Below are positions 20,422 through 29,753 of a stretch of DNA of 64,000 bases, one piece after another. Position 1 is the first letter of the stretch. Every line of letters begins with the position of its first letter. Both the position numbers and the translations under genes were made by a program. The stretch covers positions 352,001 to 416,000 of the forward strand of contig CAWIAD010000002.1 of the NCBI GenBank assembly GCA_963833985.1, read 5' to 3'. The notes under the pieces are model-generated. The model ran no database searches, had not been told where the DNA came from, and saw nothing but the letters and a program-made list of their open reading frames with translations. Origin of the DNA: an uncultured Planctomycetaceae bacterium. Its GTDB lineage: Bacteria > Planctomycetota > Planctomycetia > Isosphaerales > Isosphaeraceae.

Positions 20422-21204
20422 ATGGCCGAGGGAGCAAGTGCCAGTCCGCCCGCGCCTTGCCAGGTGGATCTGAAGGGCCAGGTTGCCCTGGTCACGGGAG
20501 CCTCGCGAGGGATCGGCCGGGCGATTGCCGAGCGCCTGGCCGGGTGCGGGGCCACCGTCGTGGGTGTGGCGCGCAGTCTGGATGGACTTCAGAGCACACT
20601 CCAGGCCATCCGCGATGCGGGCGGAACCGCTGAGGGGGTGGCAGCCAGCGTGGCCGATTCCGCCGAGGTGAAGCGGATCGTCGACGAGGTGGAAGCGAAA
20701 TACCAGCGGATTTCTGTCCTGGTGAATAACGCGGGCATCACCCGCGACGGACTCATGCTGCGGATGGAAGATGAGGCCTGGCAGGAGGTCATCGACACCA
20801 ACCTGAAAGGGACCTTTCTCTTCTCGCGGGCCGTCGGTGTGGTGATGATGCGTGCTCGTTACGGCAGGATCATCAATATCGCCAGCGTGGCTGGCCTGGT
20901 GGGCAACCCGGGACAGGCAAACTACGCGGCCAGCAAGGCGGGAGTCATCGGGTTCAGCAAGACCGTGGCGCGCGAGCTGGCCGCCCGCGGCATCACGGTC
21001 AACGTGATCGCCCCCGGTTTCATCACCACGGACATGACCGATGTCCTCCCCGAGAAAATCAAAAGTGAGGTGAAGGAACGCATTCCCTTGCGTCGGTTCG
21101 GTCGGCCCGACGACATCGCCGATCTGGTCTGCTACCTGGCAAGCCCCGGGGCCAGCTACATCACCGGCCAGGTGATTGCGGTCGATGGGGGGCTGACTGT
21201 GTGA
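20422..21204 (+). CDS. fabG: 3-oxoacyl-ACP reductase
   Basis: [32 protein letters not shown]. Confidence 0.97.
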   Translation: MAEGASASPPAPCQVDLKGQVALVTGASRGIGRAIAERLAGCGATVVGVARSLDGLQSTLQAIRDAGGTAEGVAASVADSAEVKRIVDEVEAKYQRISVLVNNAGITRDGLMLRMEDEAWQEVIDTNLKGTFLFSRAVGVVMMRARYGRIINIASVAGLVGNPGQANYAASKAGVIGFSKTVARELAARGITVNVIAPGFITTDMTDVLPEKIKSEVKERIPLRRFGRPDDIADLVCYLASPGASYITGQVIAVDGGLTV

Positions 21205-21681
21205 CGTTGGAAGATAAACCGGTTGCGGTGTGATCTCCGGGAACCAGCCCCGGTCCCGGCTGCCGTGGCCATCGCAAGAAATACGCGACTCGCGGGGCCA
21301 GTCCACTCGGGTTCATCCTGAGATCGTCAACCGAGCGTGCGGCGGACGCTGGATGGACATTTTATGAGCGCCATGCTAAGGTGGCGCATTCTTACGACCC
21401 AGGAGAACCGAACGGCACCGTGCACCCGGCCGGTTGGCTCGCCGTAAACCTCTTCCATCCAGAGATTTCGACTTGCGAGCCTGGGGTTTCCGCAGAGGCC
21501 GCCGAGGGCCTTTGCCGGTCATCCGCCAAAACCAGCATGCCGCATCGGTTCAAGATGAGAACTGTTTTGCTCCATCCAATTCCCGGGATCAGCCGCCACC
21601 CCAGCGTCTCGCTGGAATTCTCAAGCGAGGCCTGAGCGTGAAGGCGCAATTGACGCCATGTGAAGATGAGGAGGTTCGCCC

Positions 21682-21921
21682 GTGTCCGTGGAAGAGCGTG
21701 TGATCGAAATCGTCAGTGAACAGATGGGTGTCTCCAAGGATCAGGTGACCCGGGAGACCTCCTTCATCAACGACCTGGGCGCCGACTCTCTCGACACCGT
21801 GGAACTGGTGATGGAGTTCGAGGAAGAATTCGACATCACCATTCCTGACGAGGAGGCCGAGAAGATCCAGACCGTAGGGCAGGCCATCGATTACATCGAG
21901 CAGCACGCGCATGCCAAGTGA
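21682..21921 (+). CDS. acpP: Acyl carrier protein
   Basis: [33 protein letters not shown] start. Confidence 0.98.
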   Translation: MSVEERVIEIVSEQMGVSKDQVTRETSFINDLGADSLDTVELVMEFEEEFDITIPDEEAEKIQTVGQAIDYIEQHAHAK

Positions 21922-21979
21922 GCTGGTACTGCCAGGTTCAGAAACCCCGAAGGCAATGAGTGGATAAGTTGAGAGCGAT

Positions 21980-23239
21980 ATGAGAGATTCGCGGCGCGTC
22001 GTCATCACCGGAATGGGGGTGGTCACGTCGCTGGGGGAAAGCCTGCACTCGTTCTGGGAGGCGCTCTGCGCGGGCCGGAGCGGGGTCGGCCCTTTGACCC
22101 TTTTCGACACGACCGAGTACAAGGTCCATTTCGGCGGCCAGGTGCGTGACTGGGACCCCGTGGCCCGCTTCGGCGTCAAGGAAGCGCGGCACCTGGATCG
22201 CTTCGCGCAGTTCGCGCTGGTGGCCGCCGAGGCCGCAGTGCAGGATGCGGGCATTGACTTCTCCAAGCTATCCCCCGAGCAGTGCGGCGTCTACGTGGGC
22301 TCCGGCATCGGCGGCCTGAGCGAGTTCGAGGCCCAGCACTCCACGATGATCCACAAAGGGCCGTCGCGGATCAGCCCGTTCACCATCCCCAAGCTGATGG
22401 TCAACGCCGGTAGCGGCCAGGTGTCGATTCGCTGGGGACTGCAAGGACCGTGTTCCGCGATCGCGACCGCCTGCGCCTCGGCCTCCAACGCCATCGGAGA
22501 TGCGTACAAGCTGATCCAGTCGAACCACGCCGATGTGATGATCACCGGCGGCAGCGAGGCCGCCATCACGCCCATGGGCCTGGGGGGCTTTGCGGCCATG
22601 CGCGCCCTGTCCACCCGCAACGACGACCCGCCCCGCGCCAGCCGGCCGTTCGACCGCCAGCGCGATGGCTTCGTCATGGGCGAGGGAGCTGGCATCCTCA
22701 TCCTCGAGGCCGAGGAAGTAGCCCTGGCCCGCGGTGCGCGGATCTACGCTGAGGTCCTGGGCTACGGTATGTCCGCCGACGGCTGGCACATCACGGCCCC
22801 CGATGAGGAAGGCCGAGGCGCAGCCCGTGCCATGAGGCGCTGCCTGGCTGACGCAGGTCTTCCCGCGGATGCCGTCGACTACATCAACGCGCACGGCACC
22901 AGCACCCCCCTGGGCGACCTCGCCGAAACGATCGCCATGAAGTGCGTCTTCGACGGCCATGCGCCCAAGCTCCAGATCTCCAGCACCAAGAGCCAGCTCG
23001 GCCATATCCTCGGCGCCTCCGGCGGCGTCGAGCTGATCATCTCCGTCCTGGCGATCCAGACCGGAGTGCTGCCGCCGACCATCAACCTTGAGGAGCCCGG
23101 CGCAGGCTGCGACCTGGACTACATTCCCAACGTCGCCCGCGAAGCCCGAGTGAATCACGCAATGTCCAACAGCTTTGGCTTCGGCGGTCACAACGCCAGC
23201 CTGCTCATCAGCCGCTACACCCCGAAGGGGCAGCGTTGA
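21980..23239 (+). CDS. fabF: Beta-ketoacyl-ACP synthase II
   Basis: RRVVITGMG, TACASA (catalytic Cys), NAHGTST, KSQLGH, NSFGFGGHN. Confidence 0.97.
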   Translation: MRDSRRVVITGMGVVTSLGESLHSFWEALCAGRSGVGPLTLFDTTEYKVHFGGQVRDWDPVARFGVKEARHLDRFAQFALVAAEAAVQDAGIDFSKLSPEQCGVYVGSGIGGLSEFEAQHSTMIHKGPSRISPFTIPKLMVNAGSGQVSIRWGLQGPCSAIATACASASNAIGDAYKLIQSNHADVMITGGSEAAITPMGLGGFAAMRALSTRNDDPPRASRPFDRQRDGFVMGEGAGILILEAEEVALARGARIYAEVLGYGMSADGWHITAPDEEGRGAARAMRRCLADAGLPADAVDYINAHGTSTPLGDLAETIAMKCVFDGHAPKLQISSTKSQLGHILGASGGVELIISVLAIQTGVLPPTINLEEPGAGCDLDYIPNVAREARVNHAMSNSFGFGGHNASLLISRYTPKGQR

Positions 23240-23326
23240 ACCGATTGCCCAGACGCCGGCTCCGCGAAGGCCGCCGAGCCGTCGGGTACCAGCCGAACGA
23301 CCTGCGGCGGAATGGGGCTACGAGTT

Positions 23327-23773
23327 TCACTGGGTGAGAATCTCGTCGAGGAGGGTAATTGGCAGACCTTCGATTGTGTGGAAGCCCCTGTCATTGGTGA
23401 TCAGGAGCGAAACACCCTGGACCTGGGCCGTTGCCGCGTGCAAAGCATCGGGCGTTCGAAGGCCAAGGTTGGATCCCCGTAGACGAGCTGCGGCCCTCAA
23501 AACCGCCGGAGTCATTGCAATCATCCGGATGCCAGGAAACTGGAGAAACTCCTCGTAATCGGCCTCCAGTTTCGTATCGCCCCGCCTGATTGGGCCGACC
23601 AGCACTTCCATCAAGGTCAATTCACTCGTGACGACATGAACTGCTCCAGCAGACACCGCGGCCCAGAGTGGCTTGAGCAGAGGAGAATAAACTGGATGTT
23701 GCTCCACAGTATAAATGCAGACCTGGGTATCAACGTAAACCGGCCCGGTCGCTGGTAGGATCAACGATCCCAT
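23327..23773 (-). CDS. PIN-domain toxin (VapC-like)
   Basis: VYVDTQ, SELTLMEVL, LRTPDALHAATA, ITND (acidic tetrad). Confidence 0.9.
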   Translation of the reverse strand: MGSLILPATGPVYVDTQVCIYTVEQHPVYSPLLKPLWAAVSAGAVHVVTSELTLMEVLVGPIRRGDTKLEADYEEFLQFPGIRMIAMTPAVLRAAARLRGSNLGLRTPDALHAATAQVQGVSLLITNDRGFHTIEGLPITLLDEILTQ

Positions 23774-24030
23774 GCGTCGCGTTCCTCCTGGAACCGACGT
23801 TCGACCTCTTCCCAGCTCGGCGCACTGCGCGGCCCATGCGGCAGCCGGTCGAGGAATTCGAGCAGCGACCGACGCGTGGCTGGCTCGGCCCGATGCGGGA
23901 CAACGATGACATCAACTTGCTGCCCTTCCCGGAACTCCGGCACGCTGATCTCGATACGACGCCCCGCCTGGACTTCAGCCGTCACGCGAAGTGCGTCGCG
24001 CAAATCGCCGCTGGTCACATCCACGCTCAT
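23761..24030 (-). CDS. Probable antitoxin (89 aa) for the PIN toxin
   Basis: Small ORF overlapping the toxin start, with a beta-rich N-terminus (GRRIEISVPEFREGQQVDVIV) and ending EERDAWDR. Confidence 0.75.
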   Translation of the reverse strand: MSVDVTSGDLRDALRVTAEVQAGRRIEISVPEFREGQQVDVIVVPHRAEPATRRSLLEFLDRLPHGPRSAPSWEEVERRFQEERDAWDR

Positions 24031-24263
24031 TCCCCTGATACGGACCTGAAAGAAATAGTCTCGCATATTGGCCCCCGGGAATCCATTCGGGATTGCGTCG
24101 AGTGCAGCGGATGACGCACCAGCGAGATTCCACCGCGGATGGACTCGGATTTCCACTTTTTCCCGATGCTCGACCCTCCTCCGGAATTATTCTCGCGCGA
24201 TGGAGACTCTCCACGCTCGGATCACGCTGTGTGGGGAAAACATCTTTACCCGGAGGCCCGCAC

Positions 24264-24743
24264 ATGGCGATCGATCCCGAGCGCGTCAAAGCCCTGTTCC
24301 TCCAGGCCATCGAGCGGAGTGATCCCACCGACCGGCGGACGTTTCTCGACTTCGAGGTTGGCGACGACCCCGCGCTCCGCAGCCGGCTCGACGCGCACGG
24401 CACCAGTACCCCCCTGGGCGACCTCGCCGAAACGATCGCCATGAAGTGCGTCTTCGACGGCCATGCGCCCAAGCTCCAGATCTCCAGTACCAAGAGCCAG
24501 CTCGGCCGTATCCTCGGCGCCTCCGGCGGCGTCGAGCTGATCATCTCCGCCCTGGCGATCCAGACCGGAGTGCTGCCGCCGACCATCAACCTTGAGGAGC
24601 CCGGCGCAGGCTGCGACCTGGACTACATTCCCAACGTCGCCCGCGAAGCCCGGGTGAATCACGCAATGTCCAACAGCTTTGGCTTCGGCGGTCACAACGC
24701 CAGCCTGCTCATCAGTCGCTACACCCCGAACAGCCGGAATTGA
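24264..24743 (+). pseudogene. Chimeric ORF: Ser/Thr-kinase-type N-terminal helical leader fused in frame to a duplicated FabF C-terminus
   Basis: GGAGG RBS; MAIDPERVKALFLQAIERSDPTDRRTFLD..GDDPALRSRLDA followed by HGTSTPLGD...NSFGFGGHN. The catalytic His of KSQLGH is changed to Arg. Confidence 0.8.
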
Positions 24744-25370
24744 GCTGTCCCGCCCCGTCCGTCTTGCAGGCTCATCCCCTGGAGTGCCCCCCCCGTCGCA
24801 TGTTTCCCCACCGGAGAACTGAGGCTGCCGCCAGCTTTCTCCCCCGGTCGAACCTCCGGTTTGTGGAACGGCCATCTCCGCATCGCCGCTCGGTCGGCCA
24901 CCGCGAGACGACCGCTCTCGTCTTGTCGATCACCACAGCAGTCGCATGTGTGTTCCTCCGAGCAGACCGCTGGCCCCACTGGTGAGCCGACTCGTGGGTC
25001 GGGCGGTACATCAGATCGCATCCGGTGAAATAATCCGCCCGGCTTTGCGTAGTGATGTGCAGAGGAATGGCGCGACAGCGAAAGGCCATTTCCTCTCCCG
25101 ATAAGATCGGGAAACGCCATCGGCCTCGCGTCATGGCCATGCGGAATGGCCAGACAAGCCTCATGACCGATTAACGCTATTCACATCTGCACACGTGCAG
25201 AGCAACGGTGAGGGAGCGCCGCGGTTGCCGTGACGGACCGCTCTTGCACAGCGCCGGAGTGTTGCCGCACCCCGGCGCTGCGTCCCAAGGCCGGTGCGCA
25301 ACCATCCGCTTTCCATCGGAGGTCGGCGATGGTGCGCGCCCCATCCGGGCCAACGCCCAGAGGAAGATTC

Positions 25371-25568
25371 ATGATCGCGCGCCCTAACCTGAGAAGGAAG
25401 TACCGTCCCTGCTGCGAGCCGCTCGAGTGCAAGCAACTGCCATCGACGGTCATGCCGGCCGCCGGCGTGTTGCCCAGCCCGCCGATCGTAGCGACGGTGT
25501 CCCGGCCACCCCAGCTCGATGAGTCTCCCTGCGGCACCGGCCAGGGTATCATCATCATCACGTCGTGA
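25371..25568 (+). CDS. Small (65 aa) protein with LEPR-XLL-like planctomycete leader
   Basis: AGAGGAAG RBS; MIARPNLRRKYRPCCEPLECKQLPS...PCGTGQGIIIITS. Confidence 0.6.
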   Translation: MIARPNLRRKYRPCCEPLECKQLPSTVMPAAGVLPSPPIVATVSRPPQLDESPCGTGQGIIIITS

Positions 25569-25571
25569 CGG

Positions 25572-28142
25572 TCAGCGGCCGAGCCGATCCAGTCGGTTCT
25601 TGAGCGTGTCCAGCCTGACCTTGTCGGCGATCCGTGACGGATCGAGCGCGACGGCCCGACCAAGGTTCTCCGCGGCTTGCGCGAGGGTCCTTCGACTCTC
25701 GCGCGCCCGCTCCTGGCGTTCCTCGACCTGACCCCTGAGCGCGAGCACCTGACCAAGCAGACTGAGGTACTGGGGGTTTTCCGGAGACTGCTTCCTGGCG
25801 TGCTCGCGGAGCAACTCCTCGAGACCGTTTCGCGCGGTCTCACAGTTCTGGTAGGCCACCGCAAGCCGGCCCTGGGCGAGACAGACGCTGCCCTGACCCA
25901 GCAGCGTTGCGGCCAGTTGCTCTCGGTAGTGCGGGATCAGTCGATGCCGCTTGACCAGGGTGGAGAGAATCTCCGCCGCCTGGTCAAAGCATTCGGCGGA
26001 CTCGGCCCGCCGCGCCGGGTTGCGGGCGAGCAGGTCGCCACGCTGATTGGAAATCACAGCGAGCTGGAATTGGGCGTCCTCGAATTGATCCTTGCCCTGG
26101 AGGATCCGGTGCGCACACCGAGCGGCGGCTTCCAGATCGGCCGTGGCGTCTTCGAGCCGGCCGATCTCTTTCGAGGCCGCAGCCCGATCGGTCAGTGCCA
26201 TTGACAGCAGCCACAGATCTCGGGCGGGGCGTGTCGAATCCGGGTCCGCGGCGAGCCTGCGCAGCAAGTCCGCAGCCTGATCGGCGGCCGCGCACGCCAC
26301 CGAGAATTCGTTCTTCAGCGTCAGGATCTCGGAGAAATTGATCCATACCGAGGCCTTCGCTCGCTTGTGGTCGCTCGGGGAGCCCGCCAGCACGTACAGT
26401 TTCTTGGCCTCTGCGATGGCTGCCTGGAACTGTTCTTCCGCGCCGCGCACCCTGCCGTTCATGTGGAATAACTCACCGCAGTCCGTGTACGTTTCCACCA
26501 GCCAGCGGCGGTAATTTTGCTCTCCCGGATGCTCCTGAGCTAGCCCGGTCAAGATTTCGATCGCCGTCCTGTAATGCTCCAGTGCGTCGTGGAACTGGCC
26601 AGTGATCCGTCCTATGCCAGCGATCACTCGGTGCACGAGAGCCGTCTCGAGACGCACTCCCGGGTCCGCAGGGAACTTCTCGCCAAGCTGCCGATACCGA
26701 TCAAGCACCTTCTCGGCAAGATACGAGCGGAGTCTTTCGGTATTGGGCAAGAAAGCCAGGTTCTCCCCGGAGAGCGTCAGCAGTTCGCGGAGCGCATCGC
26801 GCGTCATGTCGAGCTGATCCGCGGTCCGGACCTGTTCGCGGCTGATCCGCACATCGGCGATGGCCAGAACCGACACAGAGATCACCAGGAGCGCAGTCGC
26901 GGCCGCCACCCAGGGCTTGTGGCGGCGAACCCAGCGCCCTGCGCGAGCAAGGAGCGGATCGCGATGCACGGTCACCGGTTGATCGGCCAGCCACCGCTCG
27001 ATCTCCTCGCCCAGTTCCTCGGCCGATTCGTAGCGATCCTCTGGAGCGAGGTTCATCGCCTTGCGGCAGACTGCCTCGAGCGCGGCCGGCACGAGCGGAT
27101 TCACCTGCCGGGGCCGGGGTAGGTCCCCCTCGATAAGCTTCGGCAGGATGACCGTTTCGTCGCTGCCCGGAAATGGCGGAGTGCCCGTCAGCAGGGTATA
27201 GAGCGTGGCGCCCAGGCTGTAAATGTCGCTTGCCGGGCCGGCATCCGCGGACCGTCCCGCCGCCTGCTCGGGACTCATGTAGGCGGTCGTTCCCATCGTT
27301 GCGCCGGACCCTGTGAGCCTTGATCCGGTCCGCACGGGACGCTGGATCAGGAGGGAATCGGCGTCCGTATCCGGCGCGCAGCCAGCGACCCTGGCCAGTC
27401 CCCAGTCGATCACCAGGGTTTCGCCGTATTCGTCGAGCACGATGTTCTCGGGTTTGATGTCGCGATGAACCACGCCCCGACTGTGAGCAAAGGCCATCGT
27501 ATTGCACACGTCGACAAACCGCGCCAGCAGCCGGCGCAGTTCCAGAGTGCGTCCGTCGGCGTCTCGCGACCGGCCATGACTCTGATGGAACTTCCTGATG
27601 GCCTCGTGCAAACTCATGCCAGCAATGAAGTGCATCGCGTAATACGGCCGACCTCGTGCGCAATACCCCAGTGCGTAGACAGCGGGGATTCCCCGGTGGA
27701 CCAGGGTTCCGGTCACCCGGGCCTCGTAGAGAAAGCGATCCTGATACGCGGGATCGTCGGCATAGGCTTCTTTGAGTCGCTTGAGAGCGACCATACGCTC
27801 GAGCTCGGTATCCTCGGCAATCCAAACCTCTCCATGGCCCCCGTCTTTGTGGCGGTTTACCAGACGAAAACGCGAGTCGAGAGCTGTGTGCGTCGCCGGG
27901 GCAGGCTGGGGACAGGTCACGGCCCCGGGCGCGTCTTGCGACTCATCTTGACCGGCAAGCTCCTCCCCGCGCATCCCGGGGAACCCGGCTGTTGTGACGT
28001 CCTCGATCGGGCGCCCGGGCACGGGAGACTGCTTCTGGATGAGCTTTTGAACCAGTTGATCAAGTACCTCTTCGTTGTCCATGGGTTCTCGCGGCTGGAC
28101 AACATGCTGGCTCTCGGTTCTGTCCCTCAGGATACTGTCCAT
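25572..28142 (-). CDS. Hanks-type Ser/Thr protein kinase with TM helix and TPR-like C-terminal region
   Basis: GGHGEVW, VALK, HRDIKPEN, DWGLA, GTTAYMSPEQA, SDIYSLG; TM WVAAATALLVISVSVLAIA; helical repeats. Confidence 0.95.
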   Translation of the reverse strand: MDSILRDRTESQHVVQPREPMDNEEVLDQLVQKLIQKQSPVPGRPIEDVTTAGFPGMRGEELAGQDESQDAPGAVTCPQPAPATHTALDSRFRLVNRHKDGGHGEVWIAEDTELERMVALKRLKEAYADDPAYQDRFLYEARVTGTLVHRGIPAVYALGYCARGRPYYAMHFIAGMSLHEAIRKFHQSHGRSRDADGRTLELRRLLARFVDVCNTMAFAHSRGVVHRDIKPENIVLDEYGETLVIDWGLARVAGCAPDTDADSLLIQRPVRTGSRLTGSGATMGTTAYMSPEQAAGRSADAGPASDIYSLGATLYTLLTGTPPFPGSDETVILPKLIEGDLPRPRQVNPLVPAALEAVCRKAMNLAPEDRYESAEELGEEIERWLADQPVTVHRDPLLARAGRWVRRHKPWVAAATALLVISVSVLAIADVRISREQVRTADQLDMTRDALRELLTLSGENLAFLPNTERLRSYLAEKVLDRYRQLGEKFPADPGVRLETALVHRVIAGIGRITGQFHDALEHYRTAIEILTGLAQEHPGEQNYRRWLVETYTDCGELFHMNGRVRGAEEQFQAAIAEAKKLYVLAGSPSDHKRAKASVWINFSEILTLKNEFSVACAAADQAADLLRRLAADPDSTRPARDLWLLSMALTDRAAASKEIGRLEDATADLEAAARCAHRILQGKDQFEDAQFQLAVISNQRGDLLARNPARRAESAECFDQAAEILSTLVKRHRLIPHYREQLAATLLGQGSVCLAQGRLAVAYQNCETARNGLEELLREHARKQSPENPQYLSLLGQVLALRGQVEERQERARESRRTLAQAAENLGRAVALDPSRIADKVRLDTLKNRLDRLGR

Positions 28143-28517
28143 GGGAAGACCCCTTGAAGGCCGTGGCGGCGCTGACCTGGATCAGTCGCGCGGGATCTGA
28201 AGAGAAAAAGCCCACTGAAGTTTTGCCAACTCCTCGGTATCACCGAGGGACCTGGAGCACGAGGATCGAACCCGGAAACCTGCGGCCTCCAGAAGGCGAA
28301 TGGTTGCAATACCGAGCCTGACTGTTCTGGTTCTCGAGAATTCGAACTGACACAAGTGACCGATTGACCCGAGAGGCGCTAATCTGGAACGGAGCTCGCA
28401 CTTTCTTTGCAAGGTTCAGGACGATGGTGCGTAGACGAGAAGGTTGGACAGCCGAGCTTCAGCGTGTGGTTGTCAAGTAAACGCCGGTACATGATCGTCC
28501 CGGACGAGGTGCTTCCC

Positions 28518-29174
28518 ATGAATTTCCATTCCACGCATTATGATACCAGGCGAAGACTCGCGGCAGAAATGAAAACACGTAGCTCGGTCATACTGGGGGT
28601 CCGCCAGCGCGATCCCGAACGCTGGCGGCAGTTTGACCAGATCTACCGCCCCATCCTCTCCGCCTACTTTCACAAGCGTAATCTGAACGATCATGATACC
28701 GATGAGCTGATTCAGATGATCTACTTCAAGCTCTTGTTCAAGATCGATACCTACGATCCGGCAAGGTGCCGCTTCCGGGCCTGGCTGTTCAGCGTCGCGC
28801 ACCACCAGTTCATCGACTGGATCCGGCGTCGCAAGAGTTACGATGACAAGCTCAAGAACTGGGCGGCTCATATGCTCGGGGAGCTGGAAAACAGAGCCAG
28901 CGAGCTCGAGGAAGAGTTCAGCCTGATCCACCAGAGCAGCATCCTCAAGTACGCAATGCGCGTCGTCCGGGCCGAGGTGAAATCTCATGTCTGGGCCTGC
29001 TTTGTCGGCCGGTTGCTACAGGATCGTCCCGCCCGGGAGATCGCCAGCGAGCTGGGGTTCAAGAACCATGATCTCGTTTTCGTTCATGCCTCCCGCGTAT
29101 TCCGCAAGGTACGCGAGCTGTGCGAAGAATTTGACGAGAAGATCACCGCCGATCTCAGGCCGGAGCCGGAATGA
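28518..29174 (+). CDS. ECF sigma factor, paralog of 10432-11043, divergent from the kinase
   Basis: TRSSVILGVRQRDPERWRQFDQIYRP...YDPARCRFRAWLFSVA...IASELG...VFVHASRV. Start at 28518 or 28569. Confidence 0.9.
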   Translation: MNFHSTHYDTRRRLAAEMKTRSSVILGVRQRDPERWRQFDQIYRPILSAYFHKRNLNDHDTDELIQMIYFKLLFKIDTYDPARCRFRAWLFSVAHHQFIDWIRRRKSYDDKLKNWAAHMLGELENRASELEEEFSLIHQSSILKYAMRVVRAEVKSHVWACFVGRLLQDRPAREIASELGFKNHDLVFVHASRVFRKVRELCEEFDEKITADLRPEPE

Positions 29175-29407
29175 ACGCGCAGGGGATCGCGACATCCCCC
29201 CGGTGAACCGCGAGTACCGGTTCTCGCCGTTCAGCCAGCACGGAGAGCCGATCATTGAAGTCGAGCCGCCGTGGATTGGAGATGCCAGGCGACTTACAGA
29301 TCGCTGCGGAGCGAACCCTTTGATATCAAGCGTGCCTGACGCACTTCGATGATGAGCCGCCGATCTCCGCTACGCTCGCTGACCCTCGGCTCGACGCCGC
29401 CGGGATC

Positions 29408-29593
29408 ATGCTGCCGTCCAGAGCGATGAGGGAGATCGAGCGCCGCGAGGTCGCGCTTGCACGGTATCGTCTCTTCGCCGGGCTGTCGATCGACGAGGCC
29501 GCACGAGCGCAGGGGATCTCTCGCGCGACGGCCCTCCGCGATTGGGCCTACGCCCGGTCGTCGCTGGCCACCGCGCTCGATTCAGTGCGATGA
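29408..29593 (+). pseudogene. ECF sigma factor region-4 fragment
   Basis: RYRLFAGLSIDEAARAQGISRATALRDWAYARSSL; region 2 is missing. Confidence 0.65.
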
Positions 29594-29678
29594 GCGGGAC
29601 GTTCCGGGGTTTGAGATCTTACCAGCACTCGAGGGGTAAAATTTCAATCTGGTCGCGCATTCCTTACCATTGAATCTT

Positions 29679-29740
29679 CATGGCACGATTGGAATCGTAC
29701 CCCACGAAATGGCATGGCACGATTGGAATCGTACCCCACG
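29679..29740. repeat. Tandem 28-bp REP-like repeat x2
   Basis: CATGGCACGATTGGAATCGTACCCCACG occurs twice; internal hairpin ACGATT-GG-AATCGT. Confidence 0.85.
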
Positions 29741-29753
29741 CGGGAACGGCTCA

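Larger units (their letters stand above)
22887..24730 (+). repeat. 340-bp direct repeat of the fabF 3' end (copies at 22887-23226 and 24391-24730)
   Basis: Manual alignment gives the same length with 6 substitutions, all transitions. Confidence 0.95.

Noticed and set aside
24264..24743. Second functional ketosynthase or type II PKS chain-length factor
   Set aside because: Only the last ~113 codons of fabF are present, nearly identical to the resident gene, with no catalytic Cys and a His>Arg change.
29679..29740. Mini CRISPR array (28-bp palindromic repeat x2)
   Set aside because: Only 6 bp separate the copies; this fits a REP-like doublet.
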